From assembly GCA_964057225.1 (NCBI GenBank), contig CAXKVF010000079.1:124001-188000 (forward strand): a stretch of DNA of 64,000 nt, read 5' to 3'. Of the stretch, positions 28,601-43,829 are shown in pieces. The stretch comes from Auanema rhodensis (lineage: Eukaryota; Animalia; Nematoda). Position numbers and translations under genes: made by a program. The notes below the pieces were generated by a model, which did no database searches, had not been told where the DNA came from, and saw only the letters and a program-made list of their open reading frames with translations. The first letter of the stretch is position 1. Each line of letters begins with the position of its first letter.

Positions 28601-30600
28601 ATGCGGTTTTCAAAATTAGATTCCCCATGTCCATATTAGTCTAAAAACAATGTTTTATCGATATTGGTTCATGGTAACCATGACTTTGAAATTTACGTGA
28701 ACTTTAATTTATGCTAATTAAATGTACACGTGATGTGCACTTGGTATGTAACTCGCTTCACGTGAAAGATAAAGGGATGCGGTTTTCAAAATTAGATTCC
28801 CCATGTCCATATTAGTCTAAAAACAAATTTTTATTGATATTGGTTCATGGTAACCATGTCTTTGAAATTTACGTGAACTTTAATTTATGCTAATTAAATG
28901 TACACGTGATGTGCACTTGGTATGTAACTCGCTTCACGTGAAAGATAAAGAGATGCGGTTTTCAAAATTAGATTCCCCATGTCCATATTAGTCTAAAAAC
29001 AAATTTTTATTGATATTGGTTCATGGTAACCATGTCTTTGAAATTTACGTGAACTTTAATTTATGCTAATTAAATGTACACGTGATGTGCACTTGGTATG
29101 TAACTCGCTTCACGTGAAAGATAAAGAGATGCGGTTTTCAAAATTAGATTCCCCATGTCCATATTAGTCTAAAAACAAATTTTTATTGATATTGGTTCAT
29201 GGTAACCATGACTTTGAAATTTACGTGAACTTTAATTTATGCTAATTAAATGTACACGTGATGTGTACTTGGTATGTAACTCGCTTCACGTGAAAGATAA
29301 AGAGATGCGGTTTTCAAAATTAGATTCCCCTTGTCCATATTAGTCTAAAAACAAATTTTTATTGATATTGGTTCATGGTAACCATGACTTTGAAATTTAC
29401 GTGAACTTTAATTTATGCTAATTAAATGTACACGTGATGTGCATTTGGTATGTAACTCGCTTCACGTGAAAGATAAAGAGATGCGGTTTTCAAAATTAGA
29501 TTCCCCATGTCCATATTAGTCTAAAAACAAATTTTTATTGATATTGGTGCATGGTAACCATGACTTTGAAATTTACGTGAACTTTAATTTATGCTAATTA
29601 AATGTACACGTGATGTGCACTTGGTATGTAACTCGCTCCACGTGAAAGATAAAGAGATGCGGTTTTCAAAATTAAATTTCCCATGTCCATATTAGTCTAA
29701 AAACAAATTTTTTTTGATATTGGTGCATGGTAACCATGACTTTGAAATTTACGTGAACTTTAATTTATGCTAATTAAATGTACACGTGATGTGCACTTCG
29801 TATGTAACTCGCTTCACGTGAAAGATAAAGAGATGCGGTTTACAAAATTAGATTCCCCATGTCCATATTAGTCTAAAAACAAATTTTTATTGATATTGGT
29901 TCATGGTAACCATGACTTTGAAATTTACGTGAACTTTAATTTATGCTGATTAAATGTACACGTGATGTGCACTTGGTATGTAACTCGCTTCACGTGAAAG
30001 ATAAAGAGATGCGGTTTTCAAAATTAGATTCCCCATGTCCATATTAGTCTAAAAACAAATTTTTATTGATATTGGTGCATGGTAACCTTGACTTTGAAAT
30101 TTACGTGAACTTTAATTCATGCTAATTAAATGTACACGTGATGTGCACTTGGTATGTAACTCGCTTCACGTAAAAGATAAAGAGATGCGGTTTTCAAAAT
30201 TAGATTCCCCATGTCCATATTAGTCTAAAAACAAATTTTTATTGATATTGGTGCATGGTAACCATGACTTTGAAATTTACGTGAACTTTAATTTATGCTA
30301 ATTAAATGTACACGTGATGTGCACTTGGTATGTAACTCGCTTCACGTGAAAGATAAAGAGATGCGGTTTTCAAAATTAGATTCCCCATGTCCATATTAGT
30401 CTAAAAACAAATTTTTATTGATATTGGTTCATGGTAACCATGTCTTTGAAATTTACGTGAACTTTAATTTATGCTAATTAAATGTACACGTGATGTGCAC
30501 TTGGTATGTAACTCGCTTCACGTGAAAGATAAAGAGATGCGGTTTTCAAAATTAGATTCCCCATGTCCATATTAGTCTAAAAACAAATTTTTATTGATAT
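25000..30600. repeat. Overlapping 7-monomer (1232-bp) and 12-monomer (2112-bp) tandem duplications
   Basis: CAATGTTTTATCGAT occurs at 25307, 26539 and 28651. TAAATTTCCC 27563/29675, CACTTCGTA 27687/29799 and GCTGATT 27836/29948 are each 2112 apart. Confidence 0.88.
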
Positions 30601-33600
30601 TGGTTCATAGTAACCATGACTTTGAAATTTACGTGAACTTTAATTTATGCTAATTAAATATACACGTGATGTGCACTTGGTATGTAACTCGCTTCACGTG
30701 AAAGATAAAGAGATGCGGTTTTCAAAATTAGATTCCCCATGTCCATATTAGTTTAAAAACAAATTTTTATTGATATTGGTGCATGGTAACCATGACTTTG
30801 AAATTTACGTGAACTTTAATTCATGCTAATTAAATGTACACGTGATGTGCACTTGGTATGTAACTCGCTTCACGTAAAAGATAAAGAGATGCGGTTTTCA
30901 AAATTAGATTCCCCATGTCCATATTAGTCTAAAAACAAATTTTTATTGATATTGGTGCATGGTAACCATGACTTTGAAATTTACGTGAACTTTAATTTAT
31001 GCTAATTAAATGTACACGTGATGTGCACTTGGTATGTAACTCGCTTCACGTGAAAGATAAAGAGATGCGGTTTTCAAAATTAGATTCCCCATGTCCATAT
31101 TAGTCTAAAAACAAATTTTTATTGATATTGGTGCATGGTAACCATGACTTTGAAATTTACGTGAACTTTAATTCAGCTAATTAAATGTACACGTGATGTG
31201 CACTTGGTATGTAACTCGCTTCACGTGAAAGATAAAGAGATGCGGTTTTCAAAATTAGATTCCCCATGTCCATATTAGTCTAAAAACAAATTTTTATTGA
31301 TATTGGTTCATAGTAACCATGACTTTGAAATTTACGTGAACTTTAATTTATGCTAATTAAATGTACACGTGATGTGCACTTGGTATGTAACTCGCTTCAC
31401 GTGAAAGATAAAGAGATGCGGTTTTCAAAATTAGATTCCCCATGTCCATATTAGTCTAAAAACAAATTTTTATTGATATTGGTGCATGGTAACCATGACT
31501 TTGAAATTTACGTGAACTTTAATTTTTGCTAATTAAATGTACACGTGATGTGCACTTGGTATGTAACTCGCTTCACGTGAAAGATAAAGAGATGCGGTTT
31601 TCAAAATTAGATTCCCCATGTCCATATTAGTCTAAAAACAAATTTTTATTGATATTGGTTCATAGTAACCATGACTTTGAAATTTACGTGAACTTTAATT
31701 TATGCTAATTAAATGTACACGTGATGTGCACTTGGTATGTAACTCGCTTCACGTGAAAGATAAAGAGATGCTGTTTTCAAAATTAGATTCCCCATGTCCA
31801 TATTAGTTTAAAAACAAATTTTTATTGATATTGGTGCATGGTAACCATGACTTTGAAATTTACGTGAACTTTAATTCATGCTAATTAAATGTACACGTGA
31901 TGTGCACTTGGTATGTAACTCGCTTCACGTGAAAGATAAAGAGATGCGGTTTTCAAAATTAGATTCCCCATGTCCATATTAGTCTAAAAACAAATTTTTA
32001 TTGATATTGGTTCATAGTAACCATGACTTTGAAATTTACGTGAACTTTAATTTATGCTAATTAAATGTACACGTGATGTGCACTTGGTATGTAACTCGCT
32101 TCACGTGAAAGATAAAGAGATGCTGTTTTCAAAATTAGATTCCCCATGTCCATATTAGTTTAAAAACAAATTTTTATTGATATTGGTGCATGGTAACCAT
32201 GACTTTGAAATTTACGTGAACTTTAATTCATGCTAATTAAATGTACACGTGATGTGCACTTGGTATGTAACTCGCTTCACGTAAAAGATAAAGAGATGCG
32301 GTTTTCAAAATTAGATTCCCCATGTCCATATTAGTCTAAAAACAAATTTTTATTGATATTGGTGCATGGTAACCATGACTTTGAAATTTACGTGAACTTT
32401 AATTTATGCTAATTAAATGTACACGTGATGTGCACTTGGTATGTAACTCGCTTCACGTGAAAGATAAAGAGATGCGGTTTTCAAAATTAGATTCCCCATG
32501 TCCATATTAGTCTAAAAACAAATTTTTATTGATATTGGTTCATGGTAACCATGTCTTTGAAATTTACGTGAACTTTAATTTATGCTAATTAAATGTACAC
32601 GTGATGTGCACTTGGTATGTAACTCACTTCACGTGAAAGATAAAGAGATGCGGTTTTCAAAATTAGATTCCCCATGTCCATATTAGTCTAAAAACAAATT
32701 TTTATTGATATTGGTTCATAGTAACCATGACTTTGAAATTTACGTGAACTTTAATTTATGCTAATTAAATATACACGTGATGTGCACTTGGTATGTAACT
32801 CGCTTCACGTGAAAGATAAAGAGATGCGGTTTTCAAAATTAGATTCCCCATGTCCATATTAGTTTAAAAACAAATTTTTATTGATATTGGTGCATGGTAA
32901 CCATGACTTTGAAATTTACGTGAACTTTAATTCATGCTAATTAAATGTACACGTGATGTGCACTTGGTATGTAACTCGCTTCACGTAAAAGATAAAGAGA
33001 TGCGGTTTTCAAAATTAGATTCCCCATGTCCATATTAGTCTAAAAACAAATTTTTATTGATATTGGTGCATGGTAACCATGACTTTGAAATTTACGTGAA
33101 CTTTAATTTATGCTAATTAAATGTACACGTGATGTGCACTTGGTATGTAACTCGCTTCACGTGAAAGATAAAGAGATGCGGTTTTCAAAATTAGATTCCC
33201 CATGTCCATATTAGTCTAAAAACAAATTTTTATTGATATTGGTGCATGGTAACCATGACTTTGAAATTTACGTGAACTTTAATTCATGCTAATTAAATGT
33301 ACACGTGATGTGCACTTGGTATGTAACTCGCTTCACGTGAAAGATAAAGAGATGCGGTTTTCAAAATTAGATTCCCCATGTCCATATTAGTCTAAAAACA
33401 AATTTTTATTGATATTGGTTCATAGTAACCATGACTTTGAAATTTACGTGAACTTTAATTTATGCTAATTAAATGTACACGTGATGTGCACTTGGTATGT
33501 AACTCGCTTCACGTGAAAGATAAAGAGATGCGGTTTTCAAAATTAGATTCCCCATGTCCATATTAGTCTAAAAACAAATTTTTATTGATATTGGTGCATG

Positions 33601-36600
33601 GTAACCATGACTTTGAAATTTACGTGAACTTTAATTTTTGCTAATTAAATGTACACGTGATGTGCACTTGGTATGTACCTCGCTTCACGTGAAAGATAAA
33701 GAGATGCGGTTTTCAAAATTAGATTCCCCATGTCCATATTAGTCTAAAAACAAATTTTTATTGATATTGGTTCATAGTAACCATGACTTTGAAATTTACG
33801 TGAACTTTAATTTATGCTAATTAAATGTACACGTGATGTGCACTTGGTATGTAACTCGCTTCACGTGAAAGATAAAGAGATGCTGTTTTCAAAATTAGAT
33901 TCCCCATGTCCATATTAGTTTAAAAACAAATTTTTATTGATATTGGTGCATGGTAACCATGACTTTGAAATTTACGTGAACTTTAATTCATGCTAATTAA
34001 ATGTACACGTGATGTGCACTTGGTATGTAACTCGCTTCACGTAAAAGATAAAGAGATGCGGTTTTCAAAATTAGATTCCCCATGTCCATATTAGTCTAAA
34101 AACAAATTTTTATTGATATTGGTTCGTGGTAACCATGTCTTTGAAATTTACGTGAACTTTAATTTATGCTAATTAAATGTACACGTGATGTGCACTTGGA
34201 ATGTAACTCGCTTCACGTGAAAGATAAAGAGATGCGGTTTTCAAAATTAGATTCCCCATGTCCATATTAGTCTAAAAACAAATTTTTATTGATATTGGTT
34301 CATAGTAACCATGACTTTGAAATTTACGTGAACTTTAATTTATGCTAATTAAATATACACGTGATGTGCACTTGGTATGTAACTCGCTTCACGTGAAAGA
34401 TAAAGAGATGCGGTTTTCAAAATTAGATTCCCCATGTCCATATTAGTTTAAAAACAAATTTTTATTGATATTGGTGCATGGTAACCATGACTTTGAAATT
34501 TACGTGAACTTTAATTCATGCTAATTAAATGTACACGTGATGTGCACTTGGTATGTAACTCGCTTCACGTAAAAGATAAAGAGATGCGGTTTTCAAAATT
34601 AGATTCCCCATGTCCATATTAGTCTAAAAACAAATTTTTATTGATATTGGTGCATGGTAACCATGACTTTGAAATTTACGTGAACTTTAATTTATGCTAA
34701 TTAAATGTACACGTGATGTGCACTTGGTATGTAACTCGCTTCACGTGAAAGATAAAGAGATGCGGTTTTCAAAATTAGATTCCCCATGTCCATATTAGTC
34801 TAAAAACAAATTTTTATTGATATTGGTGCATGGTAACCATGACTTTGAAATTTACGTGAACTTTAATTCATGCTAATTAAATGTACACGTGATGTGCACT
34901 TGGTATGTAACTCGCTTCACGTGAAAGATAAAGAGATGCGGTTTTCAAAATTAGATTCCCCATGTCCATATTAGTCTAAAAACAAATTTTTATTGATATT
35001 GGTTCATAGTAACCATGACTTTGAAATTTACGTGAACTTTAATTTATGCTAATTAAATGTACACGTGATGTGCACTTGGTATGTAACTCGCTTCACGTGA
35101 AAGATAAAGAGATGCGGTTTTCAAAATTAGATTCCCCATGTCCATATTAGTCTAAAAACAAATTTTTATTGATATTGGTGCATGGTAACCATGACTTTGA
35201 AATTTACGTGAACTTTAATTTTTGCTAATTAAATGTACACGTGATGTGCACTTGGTATGTAACTCGCTTCACGTGAAAGATAAAGAGATGCGGTTTTCAA
35301 AATTAGATTCCCCATGTCCATATTAGTCTAAAAACAAATTTTTATTGATATTGGTTCATAGTAACCATGACTTTGAAATTTACGTGAACTTTAATTTATG
35401 CTAATTAAATGTACACGTGATGTGCACTTGGTATGTAACTCGCTTCACGTGAAAGATAAAGAGATGCTGTTTTCAAAATTAGATTCCCCATGTCCATATT
35501 AGTTTAAAAACAAATTTTTATTGATATTGGTGCATGGTAACCATGACTTTGAAATTTACGTGAACTTTAATTCATGCTAATTAAATGTACACGTGATGTG
35601 CACTTGGTATGTAACTCGCTTCACGTAAAAGATAAAGAGATGCGGTTTTCAAAATTAGATTCCCCATGTCCATATTAGTCTAAAAACAAATTTTTATTGA
35701 TATTGGTTCGTGGTAACCATGTCTTTGAAATTTACGTGAACTTTAATTTATGCTAATTAAATGTACACGTGATGTGCACTTGGTATGTAACTCGCTTCAC
35801 GTGAAAGATAAAGAGATGCGGTTTTCAAAATTAGATTCCCCATGTCCATATTAGTCTAAAAACAAATTTTTTTTCATATTGGTGCATGGTAACCATGACT
35901 TTGAAATTTACGTGAACTTTAATTTATGCTAATTAAATGTACACGTGATGTGCACTTGGTATGTAATTCGCTTCACGTGAAAGATAAAGAGATGCGGTTT
36001 TCAAAATTAGATTCCCCATGTCCATATTAGTCTAAAAACAAATTTTTATTGATATTGGTTCATGGTAACCATGTCTTTGAAATTTACGTGAACTTTAATT
36101 TATGCTAATTAAATGTACACGTGATGTGCACTTGGTATGTAACTCGCTTCACGTGAAAGATAAAGAGATGCGGTTTTCAAAATTAGATTCCCCATGTCCA
36201 TATTAGTCTAAAAACAAATTTTTATTGATATTGGTTCATGGTAACCATGTCTTTGAAATTTACGTAAACTTTAATTTATGCTAATTAAATGTACACGTGA
36301 TGTGCACTTGGTATGTAACTCGCTTCACGTGAAAGATAAAGAGATGCGGTTTTCAAAATTAGATTCCCCATGTCCATATTAGTCTAAAAACTAATTTTTA
36401 TTGATATTGGTGCATGGTAACCTTGACTTTGAAATTTACGTGAACTTTAATTCATGCTAATTAAATGTACACGTGATGTGCACTTGGTATGTAACTCGCT
36501 TCACGTAAAAGATAAAGAGATGCGGTTTTCAAAATTAGATTCCCCATGTCCATATTAGTCTAAAAACAAATTTTTATTGATATTGGTGCATGGTAACCAT

Positions 36601-38400
36601 GACTTTGAAATTTACGTGAACTTTAATTTATGCTAATTAAATGTACACGTGATGTGCACTTGGTATGTAACTCGCTTCACGTGAAAGATAAAGAGATGCG
36701 GTTTTCAAAATTAGATTCCCCATGTCCATATTAGTCTAAAAACAAATTTTTATTGATATTGGTTCATGGTAACCATGTCTTTGAAATTTACGTGAACTTT
36801 AATTTTTGCTAATTAAATGTACACGTGATGTGCACTTGGTATGTAACTCGCTTCACGTGAAAGATAAAGAGATGCGGTTTTCAAAATTAGATTCCCCATG
36901 TCCATATTAGTCTAAAAACAAATTTTTATTGATATTGGTTCATAGTAACCATGACTTTGAAATTTACGTGAACTTTAATTTATGCTAATTAAATGTACAC
37001 GTGATGTGCACTTGGTATGTAACTCGCTTCACGTGAAAGATAAAGAGATGCTGTTTTCAAAATTAGATTCCCCATGTCCATATTAGTTTAAAAACAAATT
37101 TTTATTGATATTGGTGCATGGTAACCATGACTTTGAAATTTACGTGAACTTTAATTCATGCTAATTAAATGTACACGTGATGTGCACTTGGTATGTAACT
37201 CGCTTCACGTAAAAGATAAAGAGATGCGGTTTTCAAAATTAGATTCCCCATGTCCATATTAGTCTAAAAACAAATTTTTATTGATATTGGTTCGTGGTAA
37301 CCATGTCTTTGAAATTTACGTGAACTTTAATTTATGCTAATTAAATGTACACGTGATGTGCACTTGGTATGTAACTCGCTTCACGTGAAAGATAAAGAGA
37401 TGCGGTTTTCAAAATTAGATTCCCCATGTCCATATTAGTCTAAAAACAAATTTTTTTTCATATTGGTGCATGGTAACCATGACTTTGAAATTTACGTGAA
37501 CTTTAATTTATGCTAATTAAATGTACACGTGATGTGCACTTGGTATGTAATTCGCTTCACGTGAAAGATAAAGAGATGCGGTTTTCAAAATTAGATTCCC
37601 CATGTCCATATTAGTCTAAAAACAAATTTTTATTGATATTGGTTCATGGTAACCATGTCTTTGAAATTTACGTGAACTTTAATTTATGCTAATTAAATGT
37701 ACACGTGATGTGCACTTGGTATGTAACTCGCTTCACGTGAAAGATAAAGAGATGCGGTTTTCAAAATTAGATTCCCCATGTCCATATTAGTCTAAAAACA
37801 AATTTTTATTGATATTGGTTCATGGTAACCATGTCTTTGAAATTTACGTAAACTTTAATTTATGCTAATTAAATGTACACGTGATGTGCACTTGGTATGT
37901 AACTCGCTTCACGTGAAAGATAAAGAGATGCGGTTTTCAAAATTAGATTCCCCATGTCCATATTAGTCTAAAAACTAATTTTTATTGATATTGGTGCATG
38001 GTAACCTTGACTTTGAAATTTACGTGAACTTTAATTCATGCTAATTAAATGTACACGTGATGTGCACTTGGTATGTAACTCGCTTCACGTAAAAGATAAA
38101 GAGATGCGGTTTTCAAAATTAGATTCCCCATGTCCATATTAGTCTAAAAACAAATTTTTATTGATATTGGTGCATGGTAACCATGACTTTGAAATTTACG
38201 TGAACTTTAATTTATGCTAATTAAATGTACACGTGATGTGCACTTGGTATGTAACTCGCTTCACGTGAAAGATAAAGAGATGCGGTTTTCAAAATTAGAT
38301 TCCCCATGTCCATATTAGTCTAAAAACAAATTTTTATTGATATTGGTTCATGGTAACCATGTCTTTGAAATTTACGTGAACTTTAATTTATGCTAATTAA
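30450..38400. repeat. Domain of 9- to 12-monomer duplications marked by G161A and G93T
   Basis: GATGCTGTTT occurs at 31772, 32124, 33884, 35468 and 37052 (last two spacings 1584). G36A occurs at 30660, 32771 and 34355. TTCATAGTAACC is seen only between 30609 and 36944. Confidence 0.8.
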
Positions 38401-40820
38401 ATGTACACGTGATGTGCACTTGGTATGTAACTCGCTTCACGTGAAAGATAAAGAGATGCGGTTTTCAAAATTAGATTCCCCATGTCCATATTAGTCTAAA
38501 AACAAATTTTTATTGATATTGGTTCATGGTAACCATGTCTTTGAAATTTACGTGAACTTTAATTTATGCTAATTAAATGTACACGTGATGTGCACTTGGT
38601 ATGTAACTCGCTTCATGTGAAAGATAAAGAGATGCGGTTTTCAAAATTAGATTCCCCATGTCCATATTAGTCTAAAAACAAATTTTTTTTCATATTGGTG
38701 CATGGTAACCATGACTTTGAAATTTACGTGAACTTTAATTTATGCTAATTAAATGTACACGTGATGTGCACTTGGTATGTAATTCGCTTCACGTGAAAGA
38801 TAAAGAGATGCGGTTTTCAAAATTAGATTCCCCATGTCCATATTAGTCTAAAAACAAATTTTTATTGATATTGGTTCATGGTAACCATGTCTTTGAAATT
38901 TACGTGAACTTTAATTTATGCTAATTAAATGTACACGTGATGTGCACTTGGTATGTAACTCGCTTCACGTGAAAGATAAAGAGATGCGGTTTTCAAAATT
39001 AGATTCCCCATGTCCATATTAGTCTAAAAACAAATTTTTATTGATATTGGTTCATGGTAACCATGTCTTTGAAATTTACGTAAACTTTAATTTATGCTAA
39101 TTAAATGTACACGTGATGTGCACTTGGTATGTAACTCGCTTCACGTGAAAGATAAAGAGATGCGGTTTTCAAAATTAGATTCCCCATGTCCATATTAGTC
39201 TAAAAACTAATTTTTATTGATATTGGTGCATGGTAACCTTGACTTTGAAATTTACGTGAACTTTAATTCATGCTAATTAAATGTACACGTGATGTGCACT
39301 TGGTATGTAACTCGCTTCACGTAAAAGATAAAGAGATGCGGTTTTCAAAATTAGATTCCCCATGTCCATATTAGTCTAAAAACAAATTTTTATTGATATT
39401 GGTGCATGGTAACCATGACTTTGAAATTTACGTGAACTTTAATTTATGCTAATTAAATGTACACGTGATGTGCACTTGGTATGTAACTCGCTTCACGTGA
39501 AAGATAAAGAGATGCGGTTTTCAAAATTAGATTCCCCATGTCCATATTAGTCTAAAAACAAATTTTTATTGATATTGGTTCATGGTAACCATGTCTTTGA
39601 AATTTACGTGAACTTTAATTTATGCTAATTAAATGTACACGTGATGTGCACTTGGTATGTAACTCGCTTCACGTGAAAGATAAAGAGATGCGGTTTTCAA
39701 AATTAGATTCCCCATGTCCATATTAGTCTAAAAACAAATTTTTATTGATATTGGTTCATGGTAACCATGTCTTTGAAATTTACGTGAACTTTAATTTATG
39801 CTAATTAAATGTACACGTGATGTGCACTTGGTATGTAACTCGCTTCATGTGAAAGATAAAGAGATGCGGTTTTCAAAATTAGATTCCCCATGTCCATATT
39901 AGTCTAAAAACAAATTTTTTTTCATATTGGTGCATGGTAACCATGACTTTGAAATTTACGTGAACTTTAATTTATGCTAATTAAATGTACACGTGATGTG
40001 CACTTGGTATGTAATTCGCTTCACGTGAAAGATAAAGAGATGCGGTTTTCAAAATTAGATTCCCCATGTCCATATTAGTCTAAAAACAAATTTTTATTGA
40101 TATTGGTTCATGGTAACCATGTCTTTGAAATTTACGTGAACTTTAATTTATGCTAATTAAATGTACACGTGATGTGCACTTGGTATGTAACTCGCTTCAC
40201 GTGAAAGATAAAGAGATGCGGTTTTCAAAATTAGATTCCCCATGTCCATATTAGTCTAAAAACAAATTTTTATTGATATTGGTTCATGGTAACCATGTCT
40301 TTGAAATTTACGTAAACTTTAATTTATGCTAATTAAATGTACACGTGATGTGCACTTGGTATGTAACTCGCTTCACGTGAAAGATAAAGAGATGCGGTTT
40401 TCAAAATTAGATTCCCCATGTCCATATTAGTCTAAAAACTAATTTTTATTGATATTGGTGCATGGTAACCTTGACTTTGAAATTTACGTGAACTTTAATT
40501 CATGCTAATTAAATGTACACGTGATGTGCACTTGGTATGTAACTCGCTTCACGTAAAAGATAAAGAGATGCGGTTTTCAAAATTAGATTCCCCATGTCCA
40601 TATTAGTCTAAAAACAAATTTTTATTGATATTGGTGCATGGTAACCATGACTTTGAAATTTACGTGAACTTTAATTTATGCTAATTAAATGTACACGTGA
40701 TGTGCACTTGGTATGTAACTCGCTTCACGTGAAAGATAAAGAGATGCGGTTTTCAAAATTAGATTCCCCATGTCCATATTAGTCTAAAAACAAATTTTTA
40801 TTGATATTGGTTCATGGTAA
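37300..40820. repeat. 7-monomer (1232-bp) higher-order repeat, ~3 copies
   Basis: TTTTTTTTCATATT occurs at 37459, 38691 and 39923 (also 35875, 1584 earlier). Each is followed in the same order by GTAATTCGC, TACGTAAAC and AAAACTAAT/AACCTTGAC. Confidence 0.88.
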
Positions 40821-43800
40821 CCATGACTTTGAAATTTACGTGAACTTTAATTTATGCTAATTAAATGTACACGTGATGTGCACTTGGTATGTAACTCGCT
40901 TCACGTGAAAGATAAAGAGATGCGGTTTTCAAAATTAGATTCCCCATGTCCATATTAGTCTAAAAACAAATTGTTATTGATATTGGTGCATGGTAACCAT
41001 GACTTTGAAATTTACGTGAACTTTAATTCATGCTAATTAAATGTACACGTGATGTGCACTTGGTATGTAACTCGCTTCACGTAAAAGATAAAGAGATGCG
41101 GTTTTCAAAATTAAATTCCCCATGTCCATATTAGTCTAAAAACAAATTTTTATTGATATTGGTTCGTGGTAACCATGTCTTTGAAATTTACGTGAACTTT
41201 AATTTATGCTAATTAAATGTACACGTGATGTGCACTTGGTATGTAACTCGCTTCACGTGAAAGATAAAGAGATGCGGTTTTCAAAATTAGATTCACCATG
41301 TCCATATTAGTCTAAAAACAAATTTTTATTGATATTGGTGCATGGTAACCATGACTTTGAAATTTACGTGAACTTTAATTTATGCTAATTAAATGTACAC
41401 GTGATGTGCACTTGGTATGTAACTCGCTTCACGTGAAAGATAAAGAGATGCGGTTTTCAAAATTAGATTCCCCATGTCCATATTAGTCTAAAAACAAATT
41501 TTTATTGATATTGGTGCATGGTAACCATGACTTTGAAATTTACGTGAACTTTAATTCATGCTAATTAAATGTACACGTGATGTGCACTTGGTATGTAACT
41601 CGCTTCACGTGAAAGATAAAGAGATGCGGTTTTCAAAATTAGATTCCCCATGTCCATATTAGTCTAAAAACAAATTTTTATTGATATTGGTTCATGGTAA
41701 CCATGTCTTTGAAATTTACGTGAACTTTAATTTATGCTAATTAAATGTACACGTGATGTGCACTTGGTATGTAACTCGCTTCACGTGAAAGATAAAGAGA
41801 TGCGGTTTTCAAAATTAGATTCCCCATGTCCATATTTGTCTAAAAACAAATTTTTATTGATATTGGTGCATGGTAACCATGACTTTGAAATTTACGTGAA
41901 CTTTAATTCATGCTAATTAAATGTACACGTGATGTGCACTTGGTATGTAACTCGCTTCACGTGAAAGATAAAGAGATGCGGTTTTCAAAATTAGATTCCC
42001 CATGACCATATTAGTCTAAAAACAAATTTTTATTGATATTGGTTCATGGTAACCATGTCTTTGAAATTTACGTGAACTTTAATTTATGCTAATTAAATGT
42101 ACACGTGATGTGCACTTGGTATGTAACTCGCTTCATGTGAAAGATAAAGAGATGCGGTTTTCAAAATTAGATTCCCCATGTCCATATTAGTCTAAAAACA
42201 AATTTTTATTGATATTGGTGCATGGTAACCATGACTTTGAAATTTACGTGAACTTTAATTTATGCTAATTAAATGTACACGTGATGTGCACTTGGTATGT
42301 AACTCGCTTCACGTGAAAGATAAAGAGATGCGGTTTTCAAAATTAGATTTCCCATGTCCATATTAGTCTAAAAACAAATTTTTATTGATATTGGTGCATG
42401 GTAACCATGACTTTGAAATTTACGTGAACTTTAATTCATGCTAATTAAATGTACACGTGATGTGCACTTGGTATGTAACTCGCTTCACGTGAAAGATAAA
42501 GAGATGCGGTTTTCAAAATTAGATTCCCCATGTCCATATTAGTCTAAAAACAAATTTTTATTGATATTGGTTCATGGTAACCATGTCTTTGAAATTTACG
42601 TGAACTTTAATTTATGCTAATTAAATGTACACGTGATGTGCACTTGGTATGTAACTCGCTTCATGTGAAAGATAAAGAGATGCGGTTTTCAAAATTAGAT
42701 TCCCCATGTCCATATTAGTCTAAAAACAAATTTTTATTGATATTGGTGCATGGTAACCATGACTTTGAAATTTACGTGAACTTTAATTTATGCTAATTAA
42801 ATGTACACGTGATGTGCACTTGGTATGTAACTCGCTTCACGTGAAAGATAAAGATATGCGGTTTTCAAAATTGGATTCCCCATGTCCATATTAGTCTAAA
42901 AACAAATTTTTATTGATATTGGTGCATGGTAACCATGACTTTGAAATTTACGTGAACTTTAATTCATGCTAATTAAATGTACACGTGATGTGCACTTGGT
43001 ATGTAACTCGCTTCACGTAAAAGATAAAGAGATGCGGTTTTCAAAATTAGATTCCCCATGTCCATATTAGTCTAAAAACAAATTTTTATTGATATTGGTG
43101 CATGGTAACCATGACTTTGAATTTTACGTGAACTTTAATTTATGCTAATTAAATGTACACGTGATGTGCACTTGGTATGTAACTCGCTTCACGTGAAAGA
43201 TAAAGAGATGCGGTTTTCAAAATTAGATTCCCCATGTCCATATTAGTCTAAAAACAAATTTTTATTGATATTGGTTCATGGTAACCATGTCTTTGAAATT
43301 AACGTGAACTTTAATTTATGCTAATTAAATGTACACGTGATGTGCACTTGGTATGTAACTCGCTTCATGTGAAAGATAAAGAGATGCGGTTTTCAAAATT
43401 AGATTCCCCATGTCCATATTAGTCTAAAAACAAATTTTTATTGATATTGGTGCATGGTAACCATGACTTTGAAATTTACGTGAACTTTAATTTATGCTAA
43501 TTAAATGTACACGTGATGTGCACTTGGTATGTAACTCGCTTCACGTGAAAGATAAAGAGATGCGGTTTTCAAAATTAGATTCCCCATGTCCATATTAGTC
43601 TAAAAATAAATTTTTATTGATATTGGTGCATGGTAACCATGACTTTGAAATTTACGTGAACTTTAATTTATGCTAATTAAATGTAAACGTGATGTGCACT
43701 TGGTATGTAACTCGCTTCACGTGAAAGATAAAGAGATGCGGTTTTCAAAATTAGATTCCCCATGTCCATATTAGTCTTAAAACAAATTTTTATTGATATT

Positions 43801-43829
43801 GGTTCATGGTAACCATGTCTTTGAAATTT

